64,000 nucleotides of DNA from a virus, in IMG/VR virus record IMGVR_UViG_3300046171_000182, positions 71,207 through 135,206 of that record, one strand, 5' to 3'. Position numbers and translations under genes: made by a program. Under the pieces are notes generated by a model. The model did not search any database, was not told the origin of the DNA, and saw only the letters and a list, made by a program, of their open reading frames with translations. Below, piece by piece: positions 54,894 through 64,000 of this stretch (positions are counted from its first letter, which is position 1; every line of letters starts with the position of its first letter).

Positions 54894-56533
54894 TGACAAC
54901 TGAAAATGACGACGTATTAGATCGACAAAAGAGATTTGGTAATAGAGTATATGATGAAGGTGTTTATCCTACTGGCTATCAAGATCCGTCTGGGGTATAT
55001 CCGCGTTCTCAATATTACTATGAATCTTCGATTAACAAAGCTTCTCGTGGATTGACAAGAAATGATTTATCAACTAATGGTGGTATACCTACATTACAAA
55101 ATAGAAATATTTTAAGTGAATATCAATTAAATAAAGATAGATACGCAAATATACGAGTTACGCAACAAGCAACTAGTGGACTGGATAAAAATGCAGATCC
55201 TGTAGGAATAACCAGTGAGGGTATTCCTGTTGGTGCAATCTCCGGAGAACCAGTATTTAATTATGTTCCACCGCAAGAAGAAGAAAAAAGACGATATTCT
55301 ACATATCCAAACAATCAGGTATGGGAAACGCCGGGTGGACATGTTGTAGAATTAGATGATACTATTACAAATGAACGCATTCTTATTAAACATCAATCTG
55401 GAGCAGGAATAGAAATAAAACCAGATGGCTCAGTATTTGTTAGCAGTACATCTGATGTGTTAATCAGTGCAGGAAACGATCAGCATGTAGTTGTTGAAGG
55501 TAATGCCCATATGACATATCAGGGTGATCTCAATGTTGATGTAGCCGGTGATTATAATCTTAGTGTCGGAGGCAACAAACTACAAATTATTACGGGTGAT
55601 CATATCTCAGAGATAGATGGAGCGCGTAAGGGTAACATTGCACTTCAGGATAACTTAACCGTCAAAGGCCACCAGTATACTACAGTTGTAGAATCAAAAA
55701 CAGATCTAACTCTTGGTGGTTATACGCATGCGGTCAAAGGTGAATTTGAGCAAGCAGTTGAAGGCGAGATGAAGCTCCATGCATCAGGCGCTCAACGAAT
55801 CACGTCACAAGTTAGACAGAATCTAACCTCACCTGATACAAATATTTTTGGAAATAAATTGACGGTTATTGGCGAAGAAGGAACAATCGGCAGTGAAGAA
55901 ACAATTATGTATGCTCGCAACCTTTACGCTGGTCATACACTTTTTGTTGGTGATGGTGCAGGCGGATCTGGTACAATTAATGTTGATACAGTACGTGCTG
56001 TACGCATTGATGTTGAAGGAGATATAACTGCAACGAATAGCATGACTGCTCCAACATTTCATGGAGATCTAGACGGTGCGTCTTCTGTAACACGATCACA
56101 GTCTTATGGCGAAAATGTTACTTCTGGGGGATCAATCAATAACAATCCTACAAATACTACTCCACTTCCAGATGATACAACAGCTACGGCTTTACCTAGT
56201 TCAGACTTTGCGCTTATATATTTAGCTTCTGAATACGGTATACAAGATGTAAAAGTAGATCCAGAAAATGAATTAAAAAAATTAATTAATCAAACTACTT
56301 TGTCTGGTGGAGTAAGCGATAGACCATTGACAATTAGTGAAATAAGATCTAAACTCAGAGATGAAAACAATAAAAATAATGAAGACTTTACAGGAAAACA
56401 AGTGGCAGAAAATAAACTAAATCCAGAAGCTTTAGGAAGTAAATCTATCCCTGCAGAAACAGGTAGAACTGCTAGTAATGATCCAACCGTAGTAGAAAAT
56501 ATTTCTGTTATTGGTCCAGCTGGAGCACGCTAA
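54893..56533 (+). CDS. gp5 C-terminal (beta-helix spike) part
   Basis: DP.G.YP, YP.N.V.ET..GH..E.DDT...ERI...H.SG..E..PDG, V.G repeats. Confidence 0.8.
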   Translation: MTTENDDVLDRQKRFGNRVYDEGVYPTGYQDPSGVYPRSQYYYESSINKASRGLTRNDLSTNGGIPTLQNRNILSEYQLNKDRYANIRVTQQATSGLDKNADPVGITSEGIPVGAISGEPVFNYVPPQEEEKRRYSTYPNNQVWETPGGHVVELDDTITNERILIKHQSGAGIEIKPDGSVFVSSTSDVLISAGNDQHVVVEGNAHMTYQGDLNVDVAGDYNLSVGGNKLQIITGDHISEIDGARKGNIALQDNLTVKGHQYTTVVESKTDLTLGGYTHAVKGEFEQAVEGEMKLHASGAQRITSQVRQNLTSPDTNIFGNKLTVIGEEGTIGSEETIMYARNLYAGHTLFVGDGAGGSGTINVDTVRAVRIDVEGDITATNSMTAPTFHGDLDGASSVTRSQSYGENVTSGGSINNNPTNTTPLPDDTTATALPSSDFALIYLASEYGIQDVKVDPENELKKLINQTTLSGGVSDRPLTISEIRSKLRDENNKNNEDFTGKQVAENKLNPEALGSKSIPAETGRTASNDPTVVENISVIGPAGAR

Positions 56534-57177
56534 TGAGTGATTTTAATTTTTATAATCCATATTACAAACCAAATCCTGGTATTAAAAAGATTGTACCAGA
56601 TCCTTTGTATAACCCAAATAATGCTCCGTTCATATCTTCCGGTACAAAGCTAGCTCGAGGTGTATCAATAGGAAAGTTTTTAGGTGGTGTAGGTGAGAAA
56701 ACAAATATGAATCATATTACTGATGATGCTGAAAGATTACAGATTGCACGTCAGTTTTATTTACAAGCTATGGCAATAAATACAGTCAATACTGATTTAG
56801 GTCAATTTCATCAAAAACGATTAATTGTAGTAGAAGGTCTATACAAAAAAGGCCCGGAAGAAAAACTAGTTACCGGCGGTCTTAATGATTTAGCGACAAA
56901 AGGACGTGTAGTTGTGTATCAATTACTTAATAATGCTGGTATACCTGATCATGCTGCAATGTTTGACTTAGCTGTTTATTGGAAAGATAGTTTGTTATAT
57001 GAGAAAATTATATTAGATTATGACAGATATAATCCTAATAAATCTCTAGAATGCCATGTCATATTACAAATGCCAAAAGTTGATTCCACTTATAAAGGAA
57101 ACTTTACTAAAGCATTAGAAACAAGATATAACGGATCTATACAAACTACTGGCGAACTTATAGAAATACTCGCTTAA
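56533..57177 (+). CDS. conserved baseplate-region protein
   Basis: 214-aa ORF between gp5 and gp25. Confidence 0.6.
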   Translation: MSDFNFYNPYYKPNPGIKKIVPDPLYNPNNAPFISSGTKLARGVSIGKFLGGVGEKTNMNHITDDAERLQIARQFYLQAMAINTVNTDLGQFHQKRLIVVEGLYKKGPEEKLVTGGLNDLATKGRVVVYQLLNNAGIPDHAAMFDLAVYWKDSLLYEKIILDYDRYNPNKSLECHVILQMPKVDSTYKGNFTKALETRYNGSIQTTGELIEILA

Positions 57178-57181
57178 AGAT

Positions 57182-57189
57182 TATAAATA
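57182..57189 (+). promoter_or_regulatory. late promoter
   Basis: TATAAATA. Confidence 0.75.
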
Positions 57190-57211
57190 GTACAAATTAT
57201 TTGGAACGGTC

Positions 57212-57658
57212 ATGGCAACGAATAGAGCATTTGCGGTAGAAGACGGAAACTTATCAACCGGTAGCGTTGTAACTTCTAGATCTAAAAATTACGTAGATAT
57301 AGATCTTTCTTTTAATGCAAAGACAAACGGAGATATATTTAAGAAAGTTGATGCCGCTGCAGTAAAGCAAGCGGTAAAAAATATATTAACGACCGGAACA
57401 GGAGAAAAACCATTCCTACCTAATTTTGGTGGTGGAATTGGTGATGCTCTTTTCGAAAACATGGATGATGGTACATCTTTTGAGATAGAACAAGCTATTA
57501 TTGCTTCTATTAATAACTATGAACCTCGAGCAATAATAGATAAAATAGATATATCAGACAATCCAGATACTAACGCAATAGATGTAACAATTCGATTCGG
57601 TATAGCAAATGTCGGCGAACTTGTTACTGTAACCACATCTTTATCAAGGCTGAGATAA
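57212..57658 (+). CDS. 25: baseplate wedge protein gp25
   Basis: Y.DIDLSF, AVKQAVKN...T..GEKPF.P.FG, YEPR. Confidence 0.92.
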   Translation: MATNRAFAVEDGNLSTGSVVTSRSKNYVDIDLSFNAKTNGDIFKKVDAAAVKQAVKNILTTGTGEKPFLPNFGGGIGDALFENMDDGTSFEIEQAIIASINNYEPRAIIDKIDISDNPDTNAIDVTIRFGIANVGELVTVTTSLSRLR

Positions 57659-57659
57659 T

Positions 57660-59579
57660 ATGGCAACTACGGTACAAAATACTCAATTAGATTTTGATGC
57701 TATCAAAAACTCTTTGAAAACATATCTTGCAAAGCAACCAGAATTTGAAGACTATAACTTTGAAGCGTCAGGTCTTTCTAATATCTTAGATGTACTTGCA
57801 TATAATACACATTATAATGCATTGACTGCCAACTTCGCTTTGAATGAATCATTTCTTACAACTGCACAATTACGTAGTTCGGTCGTGTCTCATGCTGCTA
57901 CTCTGGGTTATGTGCCAAGATCTCGAACTGCATCAAGAGCTGAAGTACAATTAACTATGAATCTTGCTGGCGTTGCAGGTCGACCTAGCTCTATTATAAT
58001 AGGCGCTGGTTATACATTTACTGCTGATGCTGATGATGTAACATATACTTTTCAGACATTAGAAGATTATGCAGCGACAGATGATGGCGAAGGTTTCTAC
58101 CAGTTTCTAAATGAAACTGGCGAAAGTACAATACAAATATTTGAAGGTGTGCAAAAACAAAAAACGTTTTTTGTCGGTGACGTAGGTGAAAGACAGCTTT
58201 ATGTTATCCAAGACGAAACTATGGATACCGGAACTGCTGCAGTTTACGTGTATGAAACTGCATCGAGCTCTTCGTTTATATCTTATAATCCAATTACTAC
58301 TGCTACTAATGTTAATTCTCAATCACGGTATTATCAAATATCAGAAGCCCCGAATGGATATTACGAATTAAATTTTGGTGACGGAATCTCATTTGGTACT
58401 TCTCCGACAGCTGGTAATAAAATCGTAGTTACATATTTGTCTTGTAAAGGAGCTGCAGCCAATAATGCTTCTACATTCGCTCCAGGATCTCAGATAAATG
58501 TTCCGACCGTTGGTAATTATCCTTTAACAGTTACTACAGTTGCTCCATCTGGTGTCGGTGGCCCAAGACAATCGATAGAATCTATTCGACAGAACGCTCC
58601 TATTTCTTTTGCTGCACAACAAAGACTTGTAACAGCCGATGACTATCGTGCAGTAATACAGAGAAATTATTCAACGGTTACAGATGCTATCGCTTGGGGC
58701 GGCGAAGACAACGTGCCTGCAGATTTTGGTAAAGTATATGCATCTCTTGTATTTGAAGATGGTACGACTGAAGCACAGAAGACCGCGGTTAAAAACTCAA
58801 TCATACAAGATGTATCAAATAATCTTTCTATTCTTTCTATTGATACAATATTCGAAGATCCACAAACAACATATCTTGAAGTTGTTTTAACATTTAACTT
58901 TGATCCAAATTTAACTGGACAAACTGTTAAATCGACAGAATCAATTGTTTTCTCAGAAATTCAATCATACGTTAATAATAATTTGAAAAAATTTGGTGGA
59001 ATATTTAGAAGATCTGAGCTGTTAGGAGAGATCGATGATATTAATGATGCCGTTCTTAACTCTCGCGCATCAGTAAAATTACAACAGCGATTTGTTCCAG
59101 ATCTATTACAATCTACATCATATAAGATATACTTTCCTGTAGAATTAGCATCTAGTCCTACAAATTTTGTTATAACTTCTTCTACATTTGTTTTTAATGA
59201 TAAAGTTTGTTTTATTAGAAATGCTTTAAATAATACTAAACTACAGATTGTCAACTCTCTGGGCGCTGTTGAAATCGATAACATTGGATCGTATGAACCA
59301 TTAACTGGTACAGTTAACTTAACTGGATTTGCGCCAACAGGTATTACTGCTGGTACAAATTATATTAAATTAACATGTACTCCAGCTAATGAATCTACGA
59401 TTAAACCATTACGAAGTTATGTTTTAGATTTAGACGAAGGTGCATCATATGCTACAAGTACAGTAGATAGACAACGGACAGAAATTAGTCTTGGAGGCTC
59501 AACTGGTGTGACTTCATCTGCAACAGGTGCATCTAATACGTATGTAAGATCTCCAAGCATACCTTCATCCGGATATTAA
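57660..59579 (+). CDS. 6: baseplate wedge protein gp6
   Basis: LDFD.IK..LK.YL, FEASGLS..LDVLAYNTHY, FGDG, Q.R.VT..DY, WGGE. Confidence 0.95.
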   Translation: MATTVQNTQLDFDAIKNSLKTYLAKQPEFEDYNFEASGLSNILDVLAYNTHYNALTANFALNESFLTTAQLRSSVVSHAATLGYVPRSRTASRAEVQLTMNLAGVAGRPSSIIIGAGYTFTADADDVTYTFQTLEDYAATDDGEGFYQFLNETGESTIQIFEGVQKQKTFFVGDVGERQLYVIQDETMDTGTAAVYVYETASSSSFISYNPITTATNVNSQSRYYQISEAPNGYYELNFGDGISFGTSPTAGNKIVVTYLSCKGAAANNASTFAPGSQINVPTVGNYPLTVTTVAPSGVGGPRQSIESIRQNAPISFAAQQRLVTADDYRAVIQRNYSTVTDAIAWGGEDNVPADFGKVYASLVFEDGTTEAQKTAVKNSIIQDVSNNLSILSIDTIFEDPQTTYLEVVLTFNFDPNLTGQTVKSTESIVFSEIQSYVNNNLKKFGGIFRRSELLGEIDDINDAVLNSRASVKLQQRFVPDLLQSTSYKIYFPVELASSPTNFVITSSTFVFNDKVCFIRNALNNTKLQIVNSLGAVEIDNIGSYEPLTGTVNLTGFAPTGITAGTNYIKLTCTPANESTIKPLRSYVLDLDEGASYATSTVDRQRTEISLGGSTGVTSSATGASNTYVRSPSIPSSGY

Positions 59580-59580
59580 A

Positions 59581-60621
59581 ATGTCTCATCGACCAGACTA
59601 TAATAGAACGAATTTAAATTTACGGGCGTATAGTATTAAAGGTGTATTACCTCAATATTATGCCAGTTCCTATCCAAATCTGATTACCTTTCTAGAAGGT
59701 TATTATGATTACATGGATTCTGATGGAACAATTGACGCCTTACAAGATTTATATAGCTTATATGATTTAGAAGCGACTGACTTAAAATACATTGAGAAGA
59801 TATTTGCATCGATTGCCGATGGCGCTAACTCAACATATTTTGGTGAGCCGCGTGAAGTACTTCGTAACTTTGCAAATTTTTATAGGGTTAAAGGTACAAA
59901 GTATTCTGCAGAAGGATTTTTTCGGGCGTTCTATGGATTAGATGTTGAAATAGAATATCCAAAGAATAATCTTTTTATTGTAAGTGAATCAAAAATAGGA
60001 ACAGAATCGCTTCGTTATATTCAAAACGGTGCTTTATATCAAATATTTTCTGTTCTTATTAAATCATCTATTCCATTAAGTACATGGAGAGAATTATATA
60101 AAAAGTTTGTGCATCCGGCTGGATTCTTTTTAGGTGGCCAAGTTGTTTTAGAATTAACATCGACTAATTCAGAATTTTTAGTAATGCCAGATAATATTGA
60201 TCAGCCGCCATCCCCGCTATTTGCTGAGGGTGTAGCTAATTATACAATACCAAACGGATTAGTAGAAACATTTGGTATTCTTCCGGACGATGGGGATTCA
60301 GATACAGTGGTAGAACGTATTGATCTCAAAGCAAAAGTTGGCGATTATGCAAATATGACAGCTGACGTCTTTGCTGCATCTTACGGTAAAATAGACGATA
60401 CAATGAATATTAACTCGCCGACATTTGATGATTCGGCAAAAGACTTTGCACCATTCTACTCAAACGGAGAAGAAGGACCTTCGAACGATCAGCATGGTGT
60501 GAGAATGAGCAACGATATAGAAAGGTTCGATCAAGCACTCTGGTTCTATGACTCAGCTGCTGGAAATCCACGCTATATGACAATTGGTTATGTCGACTCA
60601 GATTACGTAGAACTTACTTAG
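59581..60621 (+). CDS. baseplate wedge protein (gp7-like)
   Basis: FLE.YY, FY..KGT..S...FFR, W...YK..VHPAG. Confidence 0.7.
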   Translation: MSHRPDYNRTNLNLRAYSIKGVLPQYYASSYPNLITFLEGYYDYMDSDGTIDALQDLYSLYDLEATDLKYIEKIFASIADGANSTYFGEPREVLRNFANFYRVKGTKYSAEGFFRAFYGLDVEIEYPKNNLFIVSESKIGTESLRYIQNGALYQIFSVLIKSSIPLSTWRELYKKFVHPAGFFLGGQVVLELTSTNSEFLVMPDNIDQPPSPLFAEGVANYTIPNGLVETFGILPDDGDSDTVVERIDLKAKVGDYANMTADVFAASYGKIDDTMNINSPTFDDSAKDFAPFYSNGEEGPSNDQHGVRMSNDIERFDQALWFYDSAAGNPRYMTIGYVDSDYVELT

Positions 60622-60630
60622 AGGTAAAAA

Positions 60631-62136
60631 ATGGCAATTACATTACGAAATACTAAAGGGACGGCATTGACCCACGTCGAACTCGATGCCAACTTTACCA
60701 CACTGCAGAGTGCTGACTTAGATTCGGCAGCGGTTACATCTATTGCGCAAGCATTAGATGACGCACAAGGTAATATCTTAGACTCGGCTGCAGTTACTAC
60801 CATTGCAGGTAATATAAATTTAAATACTTTGGCAGGTGATTCAGATATAAATTTTGGAACACACAAAATACTATATTCAAATAACTATGATTCGCTTGGT
60901 GCATTACCGAGTGCGGGTAGTTATCATGGCATGTTTGCTCACGTGCACGGTGAAGCTAAGGCTTATTATGCTCATGGTGGAGCTTGGATAAAACTAGCAG
61001 ACTATGATGATATTGGTACAGCAGGAATTGACTCGGCCAAGACTATTGCTCTTATTGACAGCGCATATGTACAAGCAAGAGAAGGTACTGACAGTATTGG
61101 CGAGTTATCTAACGTTAATATGTCCGGTATTTCAAATAACAAAATCCTTAAATGGGATTCTGACACAGCTAAATTTATTGTTGCTTCTGATGTAAGTGGC
61201 GGTGGAGGCGGTGGAGGTCTGTCATATGCTGACTTTAGTGTATCGGTTGCATCGGCAGGAACAGCTAACTTATCATATAATAATGGTACAGGTGTAACAA
61301 CATATACTCCACCAGATCTTTCTGGCTATCTGACAACCGTATCACAAGGAGATGTAACTGCGCATCAGGCTGCTTTGTCAATTACTGAATCTCAGATTAG
61401 TGATTTTGGTACGTATATTGCTCAAGGTTCATCTCTAGATATGAATGGAGCTGAATTAATAATGGATGCTGATGGCGATACATCATTCCATGCAAATACC
61501 GACGACGAAATTGATATTCGAGTCAAAGGTGCAGATGTTGGTAAGTTTGATTCTGATGGTCTTATTATTAATTCGATTCGAACAAGTACAGCAGGAACGC
61601 CTACGCTTACATCATCATCTAATATTAATATGACGGTCGGTGGATCTGTTACTGTTTCTGGTGGTGGATTCAGGGTTGCAACTTTAACGGGTACTCAACG
61701 TAATGCTTTGGCAGCTGCTAATGGTGAGATCGTTTATAACTCGTCAACAAATAAACTTCAGGCATATGAAAATAGTGCTTGGTCAGATGTTATATCAAGT
61801 GGTAGTAGTACTCCTGGAGCAACATTTACTTTAACATCTAATGGAGCCAGCGATTACGTCTTTGCAGCTGATAGTAGATTCTTTCCAACATCTGCTAATG
61901 ATCCAGTGTTGTATCTACGTCGTGGTGACACATACACCTTTGTAAACAATTCTGGTGGTTCACATCCATTTCAAATTAGAGTAAGTAATGGTGGATCCGC
62001 TTATAGTACTGGTGTTACAAACAACGGTGCAAGCAGTGGAAATATTGTATTCACTGTTCCAATGTCTGCACCTGCAACACTTTATTATCAGTGTACAGCA
62101 CACTCAGGCATGGGTAACACAATCAACATCGTATAG
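60631..62136 (+). CDS. tail fibre/virion structural protein with C-terminal cupredoxin-like domain
   Basis: LR..KG..LT..ELD.NF head; LPSA.SYHGMFAHVH module; HPF...LYYQC..H.GM. Confidence 0.7.
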   Translation: MAITLRNTKGTALTHVELDANFTTLQSADLDSAAVTSIAQALDDAQGNILDSAAVTTIAGNINLNTLAGDSDINFGTHKILYSNNYDSLGALPSAGSYHGMFAHVHGEAKAYYAHGGAWIKLADYDDIGTAGIDSAKTIALIDSAYVQAREGTDSIGELSNVNMSGISNNKILKWDSDTAKFIVASDVSGGGGGGGLSYADFSVSVASAGTANLSYNNGTGVTTYTPPDLSGYLTTVSQGDVTAHQAALSITESQISDFGTYIAQGSSLDMNGAELIMDADGDTSFHANTDDEIDIRVKGADVGKFDSDGLIINSIRTSTAGTPTLTSSSNINMTVGGSVTVSGGGFRVATLTGTQRNALAAANGEIVYNSSTNKLQAYENSAWSDVISSGSSTPGATFTLTSNGASDYVFAADSRFFPTSANDPVLYLRRGDTYTFVNNSGGSHPFQIRVSNGGSAYSTGVTNNGASSGNIVFTVPMSAPATLYYQCTAHSGMGNTINIV

Positions 62137-62143
62137 GTAAGTT

Positions 62144-63650
62144 ATGTCAGAAAAAACATATATCATAGCAATGGAAAAGGGTCAACCTAAAGACCCGCTA
62201 AAAGATGAACTGACAGCTGAGTCTGGTAATGATTATGTTCCAGATCGAACAGTTGATGTTGTTGAACCACGTAATGGTAGCACACGACATTTTGCTATGG
62301 CACTTACAGATGAAGAAGCAACAACTCTAAGAGACGACCCTCGAGTTAATAGTGTTCATGAACCTATTGAGTGGGATGACGATATGTTAGACTTCGAAGT
62401 CAACCACAGAAGTACCTGGCCTCGGTTTAGCAACAATTCCACTCAAAACAATTGGGGACTGTTGAGACATATTGAATCTACTAATGTTTGGGGTTCGAGC
62501 ACAACTAATACAAGAGCTTCTGAATATTATACTGGTCATTTAGATGGTACGGGTGTTGATGTTGTAGTACACGAAGGAGACTCTGCAAGACCAACTCACG
62601 AACAATTTTATGATGCAAGTGGTACTACAAGATATAATCAGCTTCAGTGGAACACATTACCTAACATGAGTGGTGCTAGTACAATCAACTATTCCACTGC
62701 TGCAGGAAATCATGCTACTCATGTTCTTGGGAACCATGGGCGGTTTGACTGTTGGCTGGGCACCTGGTGCACAACTATATAGTTTACCAATTAGCTATAT
62801 TGGTTCTTCACTATATTGGTTTGATGCTGTGAAAGAATTTCATTTGAATAAATCTGTTGATCCTAACACTGGTTATAGAAGACCAACAGTTATGAATATG
62901 AGTTGGGGATATAAAACTAGTTTGTCTAGTATTACTGGAATAAATTATAGAGGCGCTAGTGTAGGAACTTCACCAGGAACTTCTAATGCGATAATTGGTG
63001 ATGGATTGAACAGAGTGAATTGTCCAATATATGGTTTTGAATCTGAAATAGATGAGTTACACGAAGCAGGTATTATTATTACAAAGTCTGGTGGGAATCA
63101 ATATCAAAAACTAGACATTGATGGCGGAACAGATTATAATAACTATATGACTCGATCAGTAGCTACTGGAAACATAGGTGCTGGGAATCCATTATATTAT
63201 AACAGAGGTTCGAGTAACAGAAGTACCGATACAATTGTTGTTGGTAATATGGACAGTAGTTTATATTCTAGTAGTGAAGCTACAGAGGCATCAAGTGAAA
63301 AGGGACCAAGAGTAGATGTATGGGCAGCAGGAACAAATATTGTTAGTGGTGGCACTAGTACTGATACGACGTACCTTAACTATACTGGAACAAGTATGGC
63401 TGCTCCACAGGTAGCAGGAATGTGTGCTCTTCTAGTACAAATGAATCCAGGTATGTCTCCAGCACAGGTTAGAGAATGGGTTATAAATAATGCAAAGACA
63501 GGCCAATTGTATGTCGGTGACACAAACAACGCAACCTACTTTAGCAACAATAGAAATTTACAAGATGGTAATGATAGAATAGCTTATTGGCCTTATAGCG
63601 ACCATAGGCCTATTAATCTCTCCGTCAACACAGAATATGTATCTTTTTAG
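62144..63650 (+). CDS. subtilisin-like S8 serine protease (1-nt insertion near 62730)
   Basis: G.GVDVVV, HATHV.G, NMSWG, GN, VD..A.G, GTSMAAPQVAG. Confidence 0.85.
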
Positions 63651-63651
63651 A

Positions 63652-63659
63652 TATAAATA
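63652..63659 (+). promoter_or_regulatory. late promoter
   Basis: TATAAATA. Confidence 0.75.
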
Positions 63660-63683
63660 GATTAAATATTTTAGAGGTTTACA

Positions 63684-64000
63684 ATGACTCGTCAGAACAT
63701 ATCAACTGGCACATTTGCTAATGATGGAAGTGGTGATACGCTTCGTCAGGCCGGGCAAAAGATTAATGAAAATTTTGTTGAGCTGTATCAAAAACTTGGC
63801 GGAGATAGTAATGCTCTAACAGGTATATTATCCATTGCTAGTAGTGGTATTTCATTTGAAGGTGCAACTGATGATGCTAATGACACAGTTTTAAATGCTG
63901 CAGATCCTACACAAAATAATACTATTAATTTACCAAATGCCTCTGGTAATATTGTACTTGATTCTGCCACACAAACATTACTTAATAAAACACTTACTGG
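63684..64000 (+). CDS. gp9/gp10-like baseplate/fibre protein (runs off window)
   Basis: MTRQNI.TG..ANDG.GDTLR..G.KIN.NF.ELY. Confidence 0.8.
   Translation, partial: MTRQNISTGTFANDGSGDTLRQAGQKINENFVELYQKLGGDSNALTGILSIASSGISFEGATDDANDTVLNAADPTQNNTINLPNASGNIVLDSATQTLLNKTLT

Noticed and set aside
342-63650. Other split genes (near 570, 5690-5790, 28470, 28728, 29581, 49510, 62730) as recoding or phase variation
   Set aside because: Mostly single extra bases scattered over unrelated genes, consistent with uncorrected read errors; reads are needed to confirm.
1-64000. Stop-codon reassignment
   Set aside because: Breaks are frame changes rather than in-frame stops; TAA, TAG and TGA all end conserved genes at expected positions; no suppressor tRNA seen.

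Overview
64-kb segment of a T4-like myovirus, probably marine and infecting a Gram-negative (inferred alphaproteobacterial) host. It carries T4 core genes (gp33, gp32, gp26/51, gp54, gp2, gp4, gp48, gp53, a split gp5, gp25, gp6, gp7-like, gp9/10-like), TATAAATA late promoters, 13 copies of a TGTACA-N17-TAnnAT early promoter cassette, two tRNAs followed by a structured-RNA candidate, a class II RNR with tandem NrdR-like boxes, spanins, an M15 endolysin, PhoH, a Na/Pi cotransporter, IscA, KdsB and two glycan-modification islands. Several genes, including essential gp32, are broken by small indels that look like sequencing errors. Most notable: (1) an array at 8.6-16.9 kb whose proteins share a T4 internal-protein capsid-targeting-like leader. 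It includes a KxDG ligase-fold protein, a HIGH nucleotidyltransferase and Glu-punctuated modular polyproteins, and may be a prohead-protease-processed, injected payload. (2) A start-less gp51-like frame reached from gp26 by a T_TTT_TTC -1 slippery site between the tube-fold and tape-measure genes, like the lambda G/GT chaperone frameshift. All calls come from motif recognition by eye; no searches were run.
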